From sequence record DRR723986_2433: a stretch of 64,000 nt of DNA; one strand, given 5' to 3'. Shown in pieces: positions 9,974-20,689 of the stretch. The notes under the pieces are model-generated. The model saw only the letters and a program-made list of their open reading frames with translations. It had not been told where the DNA came from and searched no databases. Numbering within the stretch: position 1 is the first letter of the stretch; every line of letters begins with the position of its first letter. A program made the translations under genes and the position numbers.

Positions 9974-12256
9974 TTGGCAGTTTTCGGTCGCATTACAGGC
10001 AGTTTTGTAGCGGGCTTGGCTTTGTGCCTGTCGCTGGTTGCATGTGGCAAAGCGCCCAACAATCCTTATGTCGAAACTGCGGAAGACAAAAAGCAGAGCA
10101 CCCTTTACACCGCCTTCACGGCGCGCCCCAAGCATCTTGACCCAGCCCAGTCCTATACCTCCGACGAAGCGGAATTCACCTACCAAATTTATGAGCCGCT
10201 GTTTCAATACCATTATTTGAAGCGTCCTTATCAACTCGAACCCCTGGCTGCGGCGGCCATGCCTGTACCTGTTTATCTGGATGAAGCAGGCAATGTGTTG
10301 CCCGACGATGCGCCCTTGGATGCCGTGAAAACCAGTGTTTACACGATCGAGCTAAAACGCGGCATTCAATATCAGCCGCACCCAGCATTCGCCAAGGATG
10401 CCCAAGGCAATTTCCTGTATCACCAGTTGGGCGACGATGCCCGCAAGTACAGCAGCCCTTTGCAGTTTGAGCAGCAGGGCACACGCGAGTTAACCGCACA
10501 CGACTATGTGTATGAAATCAAGCGGCTTGCCAGCTCGCGGATCGTGTCCCCAATTCTTGGGCACATGGGCGACTACGTGCAAGGTTTGGGTGAGTTGTCA
10601 AAAACCCTGCAAGAACACGACAAAGCGCTGAAAGAGAAAATTCAGAAAGAAACTGGTAGCGCTTTTCCGCCCGCCACGGCTGATTTGCCCTGGCTTGATT
10701 TGCGCCAATTCGATTTGCCCGGTGCCAAGGCGCTGGATGACCACACGCTCGAAATTCGCGTAAACGGCAAGTACCCCCAGTTTATTTACTGGTTGGCGAT
10801 GCCGTTTTTTGCGCCCATCCCTTGGGAGGCTGATGCGTTTTACAGCCAAAAAGGTTTTGTAGAAAACAACCTGGTGCTGGATTGGTGGCCCGTGGGCACT
10901 GGCGCGTACATGCTGACCGAAAACGACCCGAATTCCCGAATGGTGTTGTCGCGTAACCCGAACCATCGCGGTGAGCCGTATCCTTCAGAAGGTGAGCCTG
11001 GCGACGAGGCCAAAGGCTTGTTGGCCGATGCCGGCAAAACAATGCCCTTCATTGATCGTGTGGTGTTCACCCGCGAGAAGGAGGGCATACCTTATTGGAA
11101 CAAGTTTTTGCAGGGGTATTACGATACTTCCGGTGTCAGTGCGGACACGTTTGATCAGGCAATTCGTGCCAGTGCCGACGGGGATGCAGCCTTGACGCCA
11201 GAAATGGCTGAGAAAGGTATTCGACTGGAAACTTCATTGTCCACCAGCATGTTTTACCTGGGCTTTAATTGGCTAGACCCGGTGGTCGGACCAGGAAAGT
11301 CAGTCGAAGAGGCGCGTCGCGCCAGGTTGCTGCGCCAAGCCATTGCAATTGCGATGGACTGGGAGGAATTTTCGCAAATTTTCACCAATGGTCGAGCGGT
11401 GCCTGCCCACGGCCCAATACCGCCTGGCCTGTTTGGTTACGAGGAAGGTGAAGCAGGTTACAACAGGCAGGTGTACAACATTGTTGACGGCGCGCCGGTA
11501 CGCAAGCCGGTTGAAGACGCCTTGGCCTTGCTGAAACAGGCTGGTTACGACAACGGAATCGATCCGAAAACCGGACAACCTTTGACCTTGGCGCTCGATA
11601 CGACGGGTGGTGGTCCGGGTGACAAAGCGCGCTTTGACTGGTATCGCAAACAGTTCGCAAAGCTGAATATTCAATTGGATATTCGTGCCACCGACTGGAA
11701 CCGTTTTCAGGAAAAAATCCGAAAGGGAAATGCACAAATTTTCTTCCTGGGCTGGAACGCCGATTACCCCGATCCGGAAAACTTTTTGTTTTTGCTTTAT
11801 GGCCCAAACAGCCGTGCAAAAACTGCAGGTGAAAATGCCTCGAACTATTCCAACGCACAGTATGACGCCATGTTTGAGCGCATGAAAACCATGCCCAACA
11901 ATGAGGAGCGTGCTGCGATTATTTCGCAGATGACCGATCTGGTACAAGACGACGTGCCTTGGTTGTTCGCATTCGTACCGCAACAGTTTGGATTGATTCA
12001 CGAATGGTACGGCAACGTGAAACCCAATGATCTGGCTCGCAACAGCATCAAATACAAAACGATCGACAGCGCCAAACGTGACCAGGCCCGAAAAGAATGG
12101 AATCAGCCCGAGTGGTGGCCAATTCCAGTGTTGATGATCGCACTGGCCTTGTTCATTTGGCCCGCTTGGGCCGCCTGGAAGCGCCGTGAGCGGGCCATGG
12201 GTATTCGTGAAGATTTGGCAGTGACTGTGGCAAACCGCACAGGGGGCAAGCGCTGA
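9974..12256 (+). CDS. Peptide/nickel-family ABC transporter substrate-binding protein
   Basis: Lipobox LVAC, HLDPAQSY, PVGTGAY, GWNADYPDPENF; extra C-terminal TM helix; start codon uncertain. Confidence 0.85.
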   Translation: MAVFGRITGSFVAGLALCLSLVACGKAPNNPYVETAEDKKQSTLYTAFTARPKHLDPAQSYTSDEAEFTYQIYEPLFQYHYLKRPYQLEPLAAAAMPVPVYLDEAGNVLPDDAPLDAVKTSVYTIELKRGIQYQPHPAFAKDAQGNFLYHQLGDDARKYSSPLQFEQQGTRELTAHDYVYEIKRLASSRIVSPILGHMGDYVQGLGELSKTLQEHDKALKEKIQKETGSAFPPATADLPWLDLRQFDLPGAKALDDHTLEIRVNGKYPQFIYWLAMPFFAPIPWEADAFYSQKGFVENNLVLDWWPVGTGAYMLTENDPNSRMVLSRNPNHRGEPYPSEGEPGDEAKGLLADAGKTMPFIDRVVFTREKEGIPYWNKFLQGYYDTSGVSADTFDQAIRASADGDAALTPEMAEKGIRLETSLSTSMFYLGFNWLDPVVGPGKSVEEARRARLLRQAIAIAMDWEEFSQIFTNGRAVPAHGPIPPGLFGYEEGEAGYNRQVYNIVDGAPVRKPVEDALALLKQAGYDNGIDPKTGQPLTLALDTTGGGPGDKARFDWYRKQFAKLNIQLDIRATDWNRFQEKIRKGNAQIFFLGWNADYPDPENFLFLLYGPNSRAKTAGENASNYSNAQYDAMFERMKTMPNNEERAAIISQMTDLVQDDVPWLFAFVPQQFGLIHEWYGNVKPNDLARNSIKYKTIDSAKRDQARKEWNQPEWWPIPVLMIALALFIWPAWAAWKRRERAMGIREDLAVTVANRTGGKR

Positions 12257-13233
12257 TGGGTAACTATTTGCTGCGCCGTGTGCTGTATGGCCTGTTGGTG
12301 TTGTTGGGGGTGAACCTGATCACCTTTGTGCTGTTTTTTCAAGTGAACAGCCCCGATGATATGGCCCGTTTGGCATTGGGTGGCAAGCGGGTTGCGCAAG
12401 AATCGATTGAGCAATGGAAGCGTGAGAAAGGGTACGACTTGCCCTTGCTGATCAACAGCGAAGCGCAAGGCACAGGCACACTCACCGAGACCATTTTCTT
12501 TCAGAAGTCGGTGCCCATGTTTGTAGGCGAGTTTGGCAGCTCTGACGATGGTCGAAACATCGCCAATGAAATTGTGAAGCGTGCAGGGCCCAGCCTGGCT
12601 TTGGCAGTTCCAGTGTTTGTACTGGGTTTGTTCCTGAATATTGTGCTGTCCCTGCTGCTGACCTTTTTCCGGGGCACTTATCTGGATTTGACCGGTGTGG
12701 TGCTGTGCGTCCTGGCCATGTCCATTTCCGGTTTGTTTTACATCATTGGCGGGCAGTACCTGTTCTCTAAAACATTGGCACTGGTTCCAATCTCGGGCTA
12801 TGACTCGGGCGTGGATGCGTGGCGCTTTTTGATATTGCCGGTCATCATCGGCGTGGTCAGTGGTTTGGGTGGCGGTACGCGCTGGTACCGCACCATTTTC
12901 CTCGAGGAGATCAATAAAGACTATGTCCGCACCGCACGCGCCAAGGGATTGTCTGAAGTTCAGGTGCTTGGGCGCCATGTGTTGCGCAATGGTCTCATTC
13001 CGATTTTGACTGGTTCGGTCACGGTCATTCCTCTGCTGTTTATGGGTTCGCTGATTTCTGAATCTTTCTTCGGCATCCCGGGCTTGGGCAGCTACACCAT
13101 CGAAGCCATTCAGTCCCAGGATTTTGCAATAGTGCGGGCCATGGTGTTCATTGGTTCGGTGCTTTATTTGGTGGGTTTGATTTTGACTGACATTGCTTAC
13201 ACCATCGCGGACCCTCGGGTTCGCCTGGCTTAA
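12256..13233 (+). CDS. ABC transporter permease (OppB/DppB-like)
   Basis: EAA loop DYVRTARAKGLSE, ends DPRVRL. Confidence 0.9.
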   Translation: MGNYLLRRVLYGLLVLLGVNLITFVLFFQVNSPDDMARLALGGKRVAQESIEQWKREKGYDLPLLINSEAQGTGTLTETIFFQKSVPMFVGEFGSSDDGRNIANEIVKRAGPSLALAVPVFVLGLFLNIVLSLLLTFFRGTYLDLTGVVLCVLAMSISGLFYIIGGQYLFSKTLALVPISGYDSGVDAWRFLILPVIIGVVSGLGGGTRWYRTIFLEEINKDYVRTARAKGLSEVQVLGRHVLRNGLIPILTGSVTVIPLLFMGSLISESFFGIPGLGSYTIEAIQSQDFAIVRAMVFIGSVLYLVGLILTDIAYTIADPRVRLA

Positions 13234-13245
13234 GGAGAGCGGTCG

Positions 13246-14643
13246 ATGATGCCCACTCTTCTGCTAACGGATGTACTGATCTGGCTGCTGGTTTTTGGCG
13301 TGTTGGCGTATGTCCGCAGTGTGCTGAAAAACCCGCTTTCCCGCGCTTCCTGGGGCTTGGTGTTTCAGTCGAAAATTGCCAGCGCCAGTTTGGTGGTGCT
13401 GTTGTTGGCGGTGGTCATCACTCTGTTGGACAGTGTGCACCTGCGCCTGAATTCTGAACAGCAAAGCCGATACGCCAGCCCGATTATTTCCGTGCTTGAT
13501 TTGGCTTTGGGGCCCTTGGCCTATCAGCGCGAGAAATCGTACTCAGCACCTCTGGCCACTCGCGCCCTGAGCAAGGAAAGCATGGAGGTAAATGGCAAGC
13601 CTGTTCGTGATTATGCGCGTTTGCAGTTTGGTGGCGCACATTTGAGCGATGAAAGCATGAAAGGGCAAGATTTGCTCAAGCGAGCTTATCAGGGTGCCTT
13701 GGGTGGTGCAGTGCTGTGGGCATTTTTCCTGGCAGCCTTGTGGATCATTCGCAGGGCCATTGCACAGGCGGATCATCAAAACAGCATTACCGTGTTCACG
13801 GGCAGTGGTGCCTACCAGGCAGTGGTGTGGACTCTGTTCGTGCTCTGTATTGTGGGTGGCGTGGTATGGAAGTGGGCTGAAGCCTACCACGTGCTGGGTA
13901 CCGACAAAGTGGGAGTGGATGTATTTTACATTGCGCTGAAAGGCTTGCGCACTGCCATGCTGATTGGTTTGCTGACCACCTTGCTGACTCTGCCTGTGGG
14001 CATTGCCATGGGCTTGGCCGCAGGTTACTTCCGTGGTTGGGTCGATGATGTCATTCAATACATCTATACCACGTTGAATTCGATTCCATCCGTGTTGCTG
14101 ATTGCTGCCACGGTGCTGATGCTGCAAGTGGCGCTTGACGCCAATCCAGATGCTTTTGCCTCGTCGGTTGAGAAGGCCGACCTTCGTCTGTTTTTCCTGT
14201 GTGCCATCTTGGGTTTGACCAGCTGGACCGGCCTTGCCAGATTGATTCGTGGTGAAGTGTTGAAAATGCGTGAGCAGGACTACATTCTGGCCGCCCGAGC
14301 CAGTGGCGTGTCCAGCGCAAAAATTCTGTTCTCGCATTTGTTGCCCAATCTGATGCACCTGATCTTGATTGCCATGGTGATGGACTTTTCAGGACTGGTG
14401 TTGGCCGAGGCGGTGCTTAGTTATGTCGGCGTGGGTGTGGACCCGAGTACATTCAGTTATGGCACCATGATTAATGCAGCGCGGCTTGAGCTAAGCCGTG
14501 AGCCTATTGTGTGGTGGAGCCTTGTGGCTGCATTCGTATTCATGTTGTTGTTGGTGCTTTCAGCCAACCTGTTTGCCGATGCCGTGCGCGATGCATTTGA
14601 TCCGCGTGCGCGCCAGTTGAAACAATCTTTGGTAAGGGTGTAA
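13246..14643 (+). CDS. ABC transporter permease (OppC/DppC-like)
   Basis: HVLGTDKVGVD, DYILAARASG, DAFDPR. Confidence 0.9.
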   Translation: MMPTLLLTDVLIWLLVFGVLAYVRSVLKNPLSRASWGLVFQSKIASASLVVLLLAVVITLLDSVHLRLNSEQQSRYASPIISVLDLALGPLAYQREKSYSAPLATRALSKESMEVNGKPVRDYARLQFGGAHLSDESMKGQDLLKRAYQGALGGAVLWAFFLAALWIIRRAIAQADHQNSITVFTGSGAYQAVVWTLFVLCIVGGVVWKWAEAYHVLGTDKVGVDVFYIALKGLRTAMLIGLLTTLLTLPVGIAMGLAAGYFRGWVDDVIQYIYTTLNSIPSVLLIAATVLMLQVALDANPDAFASSVEKADLRLFFLCAILGLTSWTGLARLIRGEVLKMREQDYILAARASGVSSAKILFSHLLPNLMHLILIAMVMDFSGLVLAEAVLSYVGVGVDPSTFSYGTMINAARLELSREPIVWWSLVAAFVFMLLLVLSANLFADAVRDAFDPRARQLKQSLVRV

Positions 14644-14647
14644 GCGT

Positions 14648-16486
14648 ATGAGTTTGCTCGACATCCATGGACTAACGACTCGCTTGGCCAGTGAGGCGGG
14701 TTGGGTGCACGCGCTCGACGATATTTCTCTGGCCATTGAAAAGGGACAAACCTTCGCCTTGGTGGGTGAATCAGGTTGCGGCAAGTCAATGACAGCGCTC
14801 AGTATTGCCCGCTTGCTGCCAGACAGTGGAGCAATTGTTGCCGGGCAGGTGAAGTTGAACGACAGGGGCGCCGGTGCTGACAGCACCGATGTGCTAAGGA
14901 TCAGCGAAACCGCGATGCGCACCCTGCGCGGAAAGCGCATCGCCATGATTTTTCAGGAGCCCGGTACAAGCCTGAACCCGGTGATGACTGTGGGCGATCA
15001 GCTCTGCGAGATCATCTGTTTGCACACGGGTGCCAGCAGGTCTCAGGCCTTGAATGAAGCTGAAGAGTGGCTGGGCAGGGTGGGTATTCCAGAGCCCAAA
15101 AAGCGCTTGCAGCAGTACCCCTTCGAAATGTCGGGTGGGCAAAAACAGCGAGTCATGATTGCCATGGCCCTGAGTGTCAAGCCTGACTTGCTGATTGCGG
15201 ACGAACCCACCACCGCACTGGATGTGTCCATTCAGGCGCAAGTACTGGATTTGTTGAAAACTCTGCAGCGAGAGCAGGGCATGGCCATGTTGCTGATTAC
15301 GCACGACTTGGCGATTGTTAAACAAATGGCGGACACGGTGGGGCTGATGTACGCTGGCCAACTCGTTGAGAAAGCAAGCACTGCTGAATTTTTTGCGGCT
15401 CCACGCCATCCTTACGCACATGCACTGGTGAAGTCTTTGCCCAGTCAGGCCCAGCGTGGGCAAGCTTTGTACGCGCTGGAAGGACGTGTACCATCTTTGG
15501 TGAATCCCAAACCAGGTTGCCGGTTTGCTGCCCGTTGTATACATGCGCAGGACACATGCAGCCAAGGCACGCCGCAATTGCTTCAAGCCACCGAGACGCA
15601 TTCAGTTCGATGTTTCTACCATGCTGATTTGTCATTCTCCAAGCCGGATTCAGGCGACCTGGACAAAGCCATCGGTGTTTCTGGAGGCGCTGCCCCACGT
15701 GTCGTATTAAAAACCGTGTCCTTGTCGGTGGCTTATCCTGAGAAGGGTGGTTTTCTGCGGAAGCGCTTCAAACCTGTTTTGAACAAACTCGACATCACCT
15801 TGCTACAGGGTCGTACCGTGGCCTTGGTGGGAGAGTCGGGGTCGGGTAAAACCACGGCAGCCCGCGCCTTGCTCGGATTGTTGGGCAGCAATGCGAAAGT
15901 GGACGGCGATGTGCTGATGGACAGCAGACCGCTTCGCCAGTGGGCAGAGCGTGGACCGAACGGCTGGCGTTCTAAAATTCAGTTTGTATTCCAGGATCCC
16001 TTCGCTTCGCTGAATCCACGCCATCGCATTGCTGAAATCCTGGAGGAGCCTTTGCTGAGTTTGCGCCCTGAGATGGACTCCGTAGCTCGCAAGGCCCGAG
16101 TATTGAAAGTGATTGACCAAGTCAGCATGCCAGAGGAGGCCCTGGCCCGTTTTCCGCATGAATTCTCGGGAGGTCAACGCCAGAGAATTGCGATTGCCCG
16201 TGCTCTGGTTTCAGAGCCCAAGATATTGATTTGTGATGAACCCACTTCTGCGCTGGATGTGTCGGTCCAGGCTCAAATCTTGAATTTGCTGAAACGCTTG
16301 CAGACAGAAACGGGTGTGGCCATGTTGTTCATTACTCATAACCTGGCAGTGGTTCAGTATCTGGCAGATGAAGTGGTCGTATTAAGGCATGGGGATGTGG
16401 TCGAGCGTGGTTCTGCCGAGCAGTTGTTCGCCAACCCTCAACATGCATATACCCGTCAATTGATTGATGCAGCCCCGGTATTGTGA
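14648..16486 (+). CDS. Dual-domain ABC ATPase (OppD/F fusion)
   Basis: Two Walker A (GESGCGKS, GESGSGKT), two signatures (MSGGQ, FSGGQ), two DEPT. Confidence 0.92.
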   Translation: MSLLDIHGLTTRLASEAGWVHALDDISLAIEKGQTFALVGESGCGKSMTALSIARLLPDSGAIVAGQVKLNDRGAGADSTDVLRISETAMRTLRGKRIAMIFQEPGTSLNPVMTVGDQLCEIICLHTGASRSQALNEAEEWLGRVGIPEPKKRLQQYPFEMSGGQKQRVMIAMALSVKPDLLIADEPTTALDVSIQAQVLDLLKTLQREQGMAMLLITHDLAIVKQMADTVGLMYAGQLVEKASTAEFFAAPRHPYAHALVKSLPSQAQRGQALYALEGRVPSLVNPKPGCRFAARCIHAQDTCSQGTPQLLQATETHSVRCFYHADLSFSKPDSGDLDKAIGVSGGAAPRVVLKTVSLSVAYPEKGGFLRKRFKPVLNKLDITLLQGRTVALVGESGSGKTTAARALLGLLGSNAKVDGDVLMDSRPLRQWAERGPNGWRSKIQFVFQDPFASLNPRHRIAEILEEPLLSLRPEMDSVARKARVLKVIDQVSMPEEALARFPHEFSGGQRQRIAIARALVSEPKILICDEPTSALDVSVQAQILNLLKRLQTETGVAMLFITHNLAVVQYLADEVVVLRHGDVVERGSAEQLFANPQHAYTRQLIDAAPVL

Positions 16487-16490
16487 CTCG

Positions 16491-17783
16491 TCAGGATTCC
16501 CAATTGCCCGGCTTTGGGGCGTGTGGAATGTTCAACTTCATACCAGGTTTGATAAGTTTTTTCTTGCTCAGGCCGTTGAGTCTTTGTAAAGATTTCACAC
16601 TCACATCAAAGCGTTGGGCAATTTCTCCCAAGGTATCCCCTTTTTGTACCGTGTAACTGCGTTGGGTTTTTGGGGGCTTGTACTGTTTCAGGCTGGCCTG
16701 GATTTTTGCGCTGTATTCAACTGGCACCAGCAAGGTATTGCTGTGAGCGGCGTACAAAACCGGTTGATTCAAACCTGGATTCAGTTTGCGAATCAGTTCC
16801 AGTTCGACGCCTGCCAAACGAGCAATTTCGCGAAGATCGACATCCGAGTTACGTTTGATTTCAGCAAAGTAAGGCTTGTTTGGAAACTTGGGTAAATCCA
16901 GGCCAAAGCGTTCGGGGCTTTGAATCAGGTTTTTAAGCGCTTGAAGTTTGGGAATGTAGTGCCGTGTTTCAAGGGGTAATTCAAGGTTGTCCAAAGTGGG
17001 TTCCAGACCGGCTTCCTGCGCTTTTTTGACGGCACGAAGCACCGAACCCTCGCCCCAGTTATAAGAAAGCAAAGCCAGGTGCCAGTCGCCATGCATGTCA
17101 TAAAGATAGGTAAGGTAGTCCAGTGCAGCGCGGGTAGAGGCCAATAAATCCCGTCTTTCATCAACCCACTTGTTTTGTTTCAAGTCAAACTGACGTCCCG
17201 TACTGGGAATAAACTGCCACAACCCTTCTGCAGCGGAAGGAGAGCGAGCGTGGGGATTGAACTGGCTTTCAATGAAAGGCAAGATCGCCAACTCGGAGGG
17301 CATGCCGCGTTTGGCACATTCTTGGGCAATGAAATAAATATAGGGCTCAGACCGCTGCAACATGCTCTTTACCATGCGCTTGTTTTTCAGCAAGGCGCGT
17401 TCTCGCACTTTGACTGCCTGAGTTTCCAGATCGGGTATTGAAAATCCTTTTCGAATGTCAGCCCACACATCGCCGGGCTCTTCTGAAAAGTCCAAGGTTA
17501 CTAGGTCATGGGGCCCGGACATTTTCAATTCAAGCCCCGGGTTTGGCGCTACCAGGCCGAACAGCTGTACCTCCTCGTTGCCGGCATTCAGTGCTAATTC
17601 TGACTGCTGCGCATTGCCCCATGCCTGATTGGGCGTCGCCACAATCCACGCCAAAATCGCAAATATTGCCCGATAACGGCCAATACTGGCCACCGTGGCA
17701 AGTTGCTTGATTCCATTTTTGAATGAGTCAGGCTGCAAAGGATTGGGTTGCCGGGCAGGGCAAAGAGCAAAATGAAAGTGCAT
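16491..17783 (-). CDS. mltD: Lytic murein transglycosylase D-like protein with LysM
   Basis: IESQF catalytic Glu, GLWQFIP, SYNWG, C-terminal LysM YTVQKGDTLGEIA; conserved mltD-gloB synteny; start uncertain. Confidence 0.85.
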   Translation of the reverse strand: MHFHFALCPARQPNPLQPDSFKNGIKQLATVASIGRYRAIFAILAWIVATPNQAWGNAQQSELALNAGNEEVQLFGLVAPNPGLELKMSGPHDLVTLDFSEEPGDVWADIRKGFSIPDLETQAVKVRERALLKNKRMVKSMLQRSEPYIYFIAQECAKRGMPSELAILPFIESQFNPHARSPSAAEGLWQFIPSTGRQFDLKQNKWVDERRDLLASTRAALDYLTYLYDMHGDWHLALLSYNWGEGSVLRAVKKAQEAGLEPTLDNLELPLETRHYIPKLQALKNLIQSPERFGLDLPKFPNKPYFAEIKRNSDVDLREIARLAGVELELIRKLNPGLNQPVLYAAHSNTLLVPVEYSAKIQASLKQYKPPKTQRSYTVQKGDTLGEIAQRFDVSVKSLQRLNGLSKKKLIKPGMKLNIPHAPKPGNWES

Positions 17784-17902
17784 CCTATGTTGAACTTATG
17801 TGTAGGTCAATCGAGAGTTGACCCATGCCCCAGCCCGAGTGATACCCCTTGAATTATTTCAAATCAGTATTTTTGTAAAAAAATGTTAACTGATGATTGC
17901 GA

Positions 17903-18676
17903 TTAGAAGTGGTCTTTTGCTTCACGTATTTGTTTGAATTCAATGGGATTTTCAGCATTGATAAACAAATTGCTGAGCCGCTCAACACCCAGTGTTGTCG
18001 GAATAGTGCTTAAGCCTTGCTCCCGAATTCTTCGGACTTCAATTTCTCGTGCTTCAATATTTTTGGAGTCGGGTGAATAGGCCCTGGCGAATCTTATGTT
18101 CGATTCAGTGTATTCATGTGCACAGAACACACGGGTATTGGCCGGGAATTGATTGAGTTTTTGAAGGGATTCAAACATTTGTTGGGCACTGCCTTCAAAC
18201 AGCCGTCCGCAACCTCCAGAGAACAGGGTGTCGCCCGGAAACATCCAGACTTCGTCACTCTTCATGGTGTCTTTCAACTCAATCACGTAGGCCAGGTGGT
18301 CCACCGTGTGGCCGGGTACTTCAAATACCCGAGCGATCAGGCAATGCACATCCACCGTGTCACCTTCGCGTACGGGGCGGTTGACCTGTGCAACCCGTCC
18401 ACTCGCCGGGCCATACACAGGAAGGTCTTTACCAGCTTTGCTCAACAGTGCGTCGATTCCACCCACGTGGTCCATGTGATGATGGGTGACCAAAATACCG
18501 CTAAGATGGAAGCCATGTGAATCCAGAAAATCTTGAACTGACTTGCTGCAACCCGGGTCTACCACCATGCAGGCCCTGCTGGGTTCATGAACAATCGCCC
18601 ACAGGTAGTTGTCCTGAAAGGCCGGGATACCGTAGACCGACCAATTCGAAACTTGAGAAGACTTGAATGATTCCAT
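17903..18676 (-). CDS. gloB: Hydroxyacylglutathione hydrolase (glyoxalase II)
   Basis: PAFQDNY, THHHMDH, PGHT, GDTLFSGGCGRLFEG, CAHEYT. Confidence 0.93.
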   Translation of the reverse strand: MESFKSSQVSNWSVYGIPAFQDNYLWAIVHEPSRACMVVDPGCSKSVQDFLDSHGFHLSGILVTHHHMDHVGGIDALLSKAGKDLPVYGPASGRVAQVNRPVREGDTVDVHCLIARVFEVPGHTVDHLAYVIELKDTMKSDEVWMFPGDTLFSGGCGRLFEGSAQQMFESLQKLNQFPANTRVFCAHEYTESNIRFARAYSPDSKNIEAREIEVRRIREQGLSTIPTTLGVERLSNLFINAENPIEFKQIREAKDHF

Positions 18677-18714
18677 CTGAACCCCTGAACGACTTGAGTA
18701 CGCAACAAGCCCAA

Positions 18715-19485
18715 ATGTTAGCACTCGATGCCTGGTTGAATACGCCAGCGGGCCGGTACTTTACAAGCCGCGAGCAGGCCTGGATTGATTCAGTGGTTCC
18801 TGATCTGTTCGGTTTCCGGGCTGTGCAATTGGGCACTCGGCTCGTGGATGGTTTGAAAGAAAGCCGGATACCCCACAAGGCCTATGTGCAGCAGGGCTTG
18901 GTGGCCAGTAAACCCGATGGTGTGGAAGTGGTCACGCCCGATTGTTTTGCCGAGTTTGAAGAATTGCCTTTCGAGAGCCAGTCGCTGGACATGATTGTGC
19001 TGCCCCATGTGCTTGAATTCTCTGAGGATCCGCACCAGCTGTTGCGGGAGGTTGAGCGCGTGTTGATGCCTGAGGGAAGGGTAGTAATCACCGGTTTCAA
19101 TCCAATGTCGCTGTGGGGCCTGCGCCATGCAGCGCTAAAACGTTGGGCACCTGTGTGGCCAGAAGGTTGTGAGCCTATCCATTTAAGCCGTTTGAAAGAC
19201 TGGTTGAAACTGTTGTCCTGCGAACCTGAGTTTGGTCGGTTTGGTTGTTACCGTTTCCCGGCATTCACCGAAAGGGGTTTAAGTCGAATGGGCTTCATGG
19301 AGCATGCGGGTGATCGCTGGTGGCCTGTATGTGGCGCTGTCTATTTTGTTTGTGCAGTCAAAAGAGTGCGCGGCATGCGCTTGATTGGCCCGGCATTCAA
19401 AGACAAAAAGGTATCTGCACGCCAACTAAAACCCGTGGCCAATAAGGCGCTGAATAAAACACCTACAATAGGCGACCGTGGATAA
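18715..19485 (+). CDS. YafS-like class I SAM-dependent methyltransferase
   Basis: LPFESQSLDMIVLPHVLEF, PHQLLREVERVL; conserved position between gloB and rnhA; alternative start 18667. Confidence 0.85.
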   Translation: MLALDAWLNTPAGRYFTSREQAWIDSVVPDLFGFRAVQLGTRLVDGLKESRIPHKAYVQQGLVASKPDGVEVVTPDCFAEFEELPFESQSLDMIVLPHVLEFSEDPHQLLREVERVLMPEGRVVITGFNPMSLWGLRHAALKRWAPVWPEGCEPIHLSRLKDWLKLLSCEPEFGRFGCYRFPAFTERGLSRMGFMEHAGDRWWPVCGAVYFVCAVKRVRGMRLIGPAFKDKKVSARQLKPVANKALNKTPTIGDRG

Positions 19486-19503
19486 GGCCAACAGGATCGA
19501 ATT

Positions 19504-19959
19504 GTGACTGAACAAAGAATTGCCAACGTCGTGATGTATGCCGACGGGGCTTGCAAGGGTAACCCGGGGCCTGGCGGCTGGGGGGTGTTCCTGCAATCGG
19601 GTGATCATGCCAAAGAATTGTGTGGTGGTGAATTGAACACCACCAACAACCGCATGGAATTGACTGCTGTCATCGAAGGGTTGAATGCTTTAAAAAAGCG
19701 TTGCAGTATCGACGTGTACACCGACTCGCAGTACGTGCGTAAAGGTGTACTGGAGTGGATGCCAAAGTGGAAGATGAACGGCTGGAAAACATCGGACAAG
19801 AAACCGGTGAAGAATGCCGATTTGTGGCAAATACTTGATGAAGCCAGCGTACGGCACTTGGTGCGATGGCATTGGGTGAAGGGCCATTCTGGCAACCCTG
19901 GCAACGAAAAGGCGGATGCCCTTGCAAACCTGGGCGTAGAAAAGGCGATGAAACAATGA
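19504..19959 (+). CDS. rnhA: Ribonuclease HI
   Basis: [42 protein letters not shown]. Confidence 0.96.
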   Translation: MTEQRIANVVMYADGACKGNPGPGGWGVFLQSGDHAKELCGGELNTTNNRMELTAVIEGLNALKKRCSIDVYTDSQYVRKGVLEWMPKWKMNGWKTSDKKPVKNADLWQILDEASVRHLVRWHWVKGHSGNPGNEKADALANLGVEKAMKQ

Positions 19960-20678
19960 GATATGTAGTACTGGATACAGAAACAACCGGCCTTGAAGTC
20001 AGGCAGGGCCACCGCATCATCGAAATTGGTTGCATTGAGGTCAATGGTCGGCAGGTGACCGACCATCATTTTCACCAGTACATCAATCCGGAGCGCGAGG
20101 TTGATGAGGGTGCATTCCAGGTGCACGGAATTTCCGATGAAATGTTGGCAGACAAGCCGAAATTCAAGCAAATTGCCAAAGACTTTCTTGATTTTGTGCA
20201 GGGCAGTACCCTGATCATTCACAACGCATCATTTGATATTGGCTTTCTGGATGGTGAACTTGAACGCTTGGGCTTGGGCAAGATGGCCGACTATGTCGAA
20301 GGCGTGATTGATTCACTGGGCATGGCGCGTGAAATGTTTCCGGGCAAACGCAACAACCTGGATGCTTTGTGCGACCGGCTGGGTGTCAACAATGCTCACC
20401 GCCAGTTGCACGGGGCGCTGCTGGACTCGCAAATTCTGGCGGAAGTCTATTTGGCGATGACCCGCGGGCAGGATAGCCTGGTGATCGATCTGAATGCGCA
20501 TCACGACGACGATGGTGTAGAACGAATCAAACTGGGTGCTTTGAATCTGCCAGAGCCTGAACCCAGCGAAGAGGAGCTGGCCTTGCATGTGGCTTACCTT
20601 GCAGACATCGAGAAAGCGGCGAAAGCCCCTAGCGTATGGAGCAAAATCAGCCAGCCAGCTGACGAACAAGCGGTTTAA
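19956..20678 (+). CDS. dnaQ: DNA polymerase III epsilon subunit
   Basis: LDTETTG, HNASFD, HGALLDS; ATGA overlap with rnhA stop. Confidence 0.95.
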   Translation: MRYVVLDTETTGLEVRQGHRIIEIGCIEVNGRQVTDHHFHQYINPEREVDEGAFQVHGISDEMLADKPKFKQIAKDFLDFVQGSTLIIHNASFDIGFLDGELERLGLGKMADYVEGVIDSLGMAREMFPGKRNNLDALCDRLGVNNAHRQLHGALLDSQILAEVYLAMTRGQDSLVIDLNAHHDDDGVERIKLGALNLPEPEPSEEELALHVAYLADIEKAAKAPSVWSKISQPADEQAV

Positions 20679-20689
20679 GGAGGTTTGCC

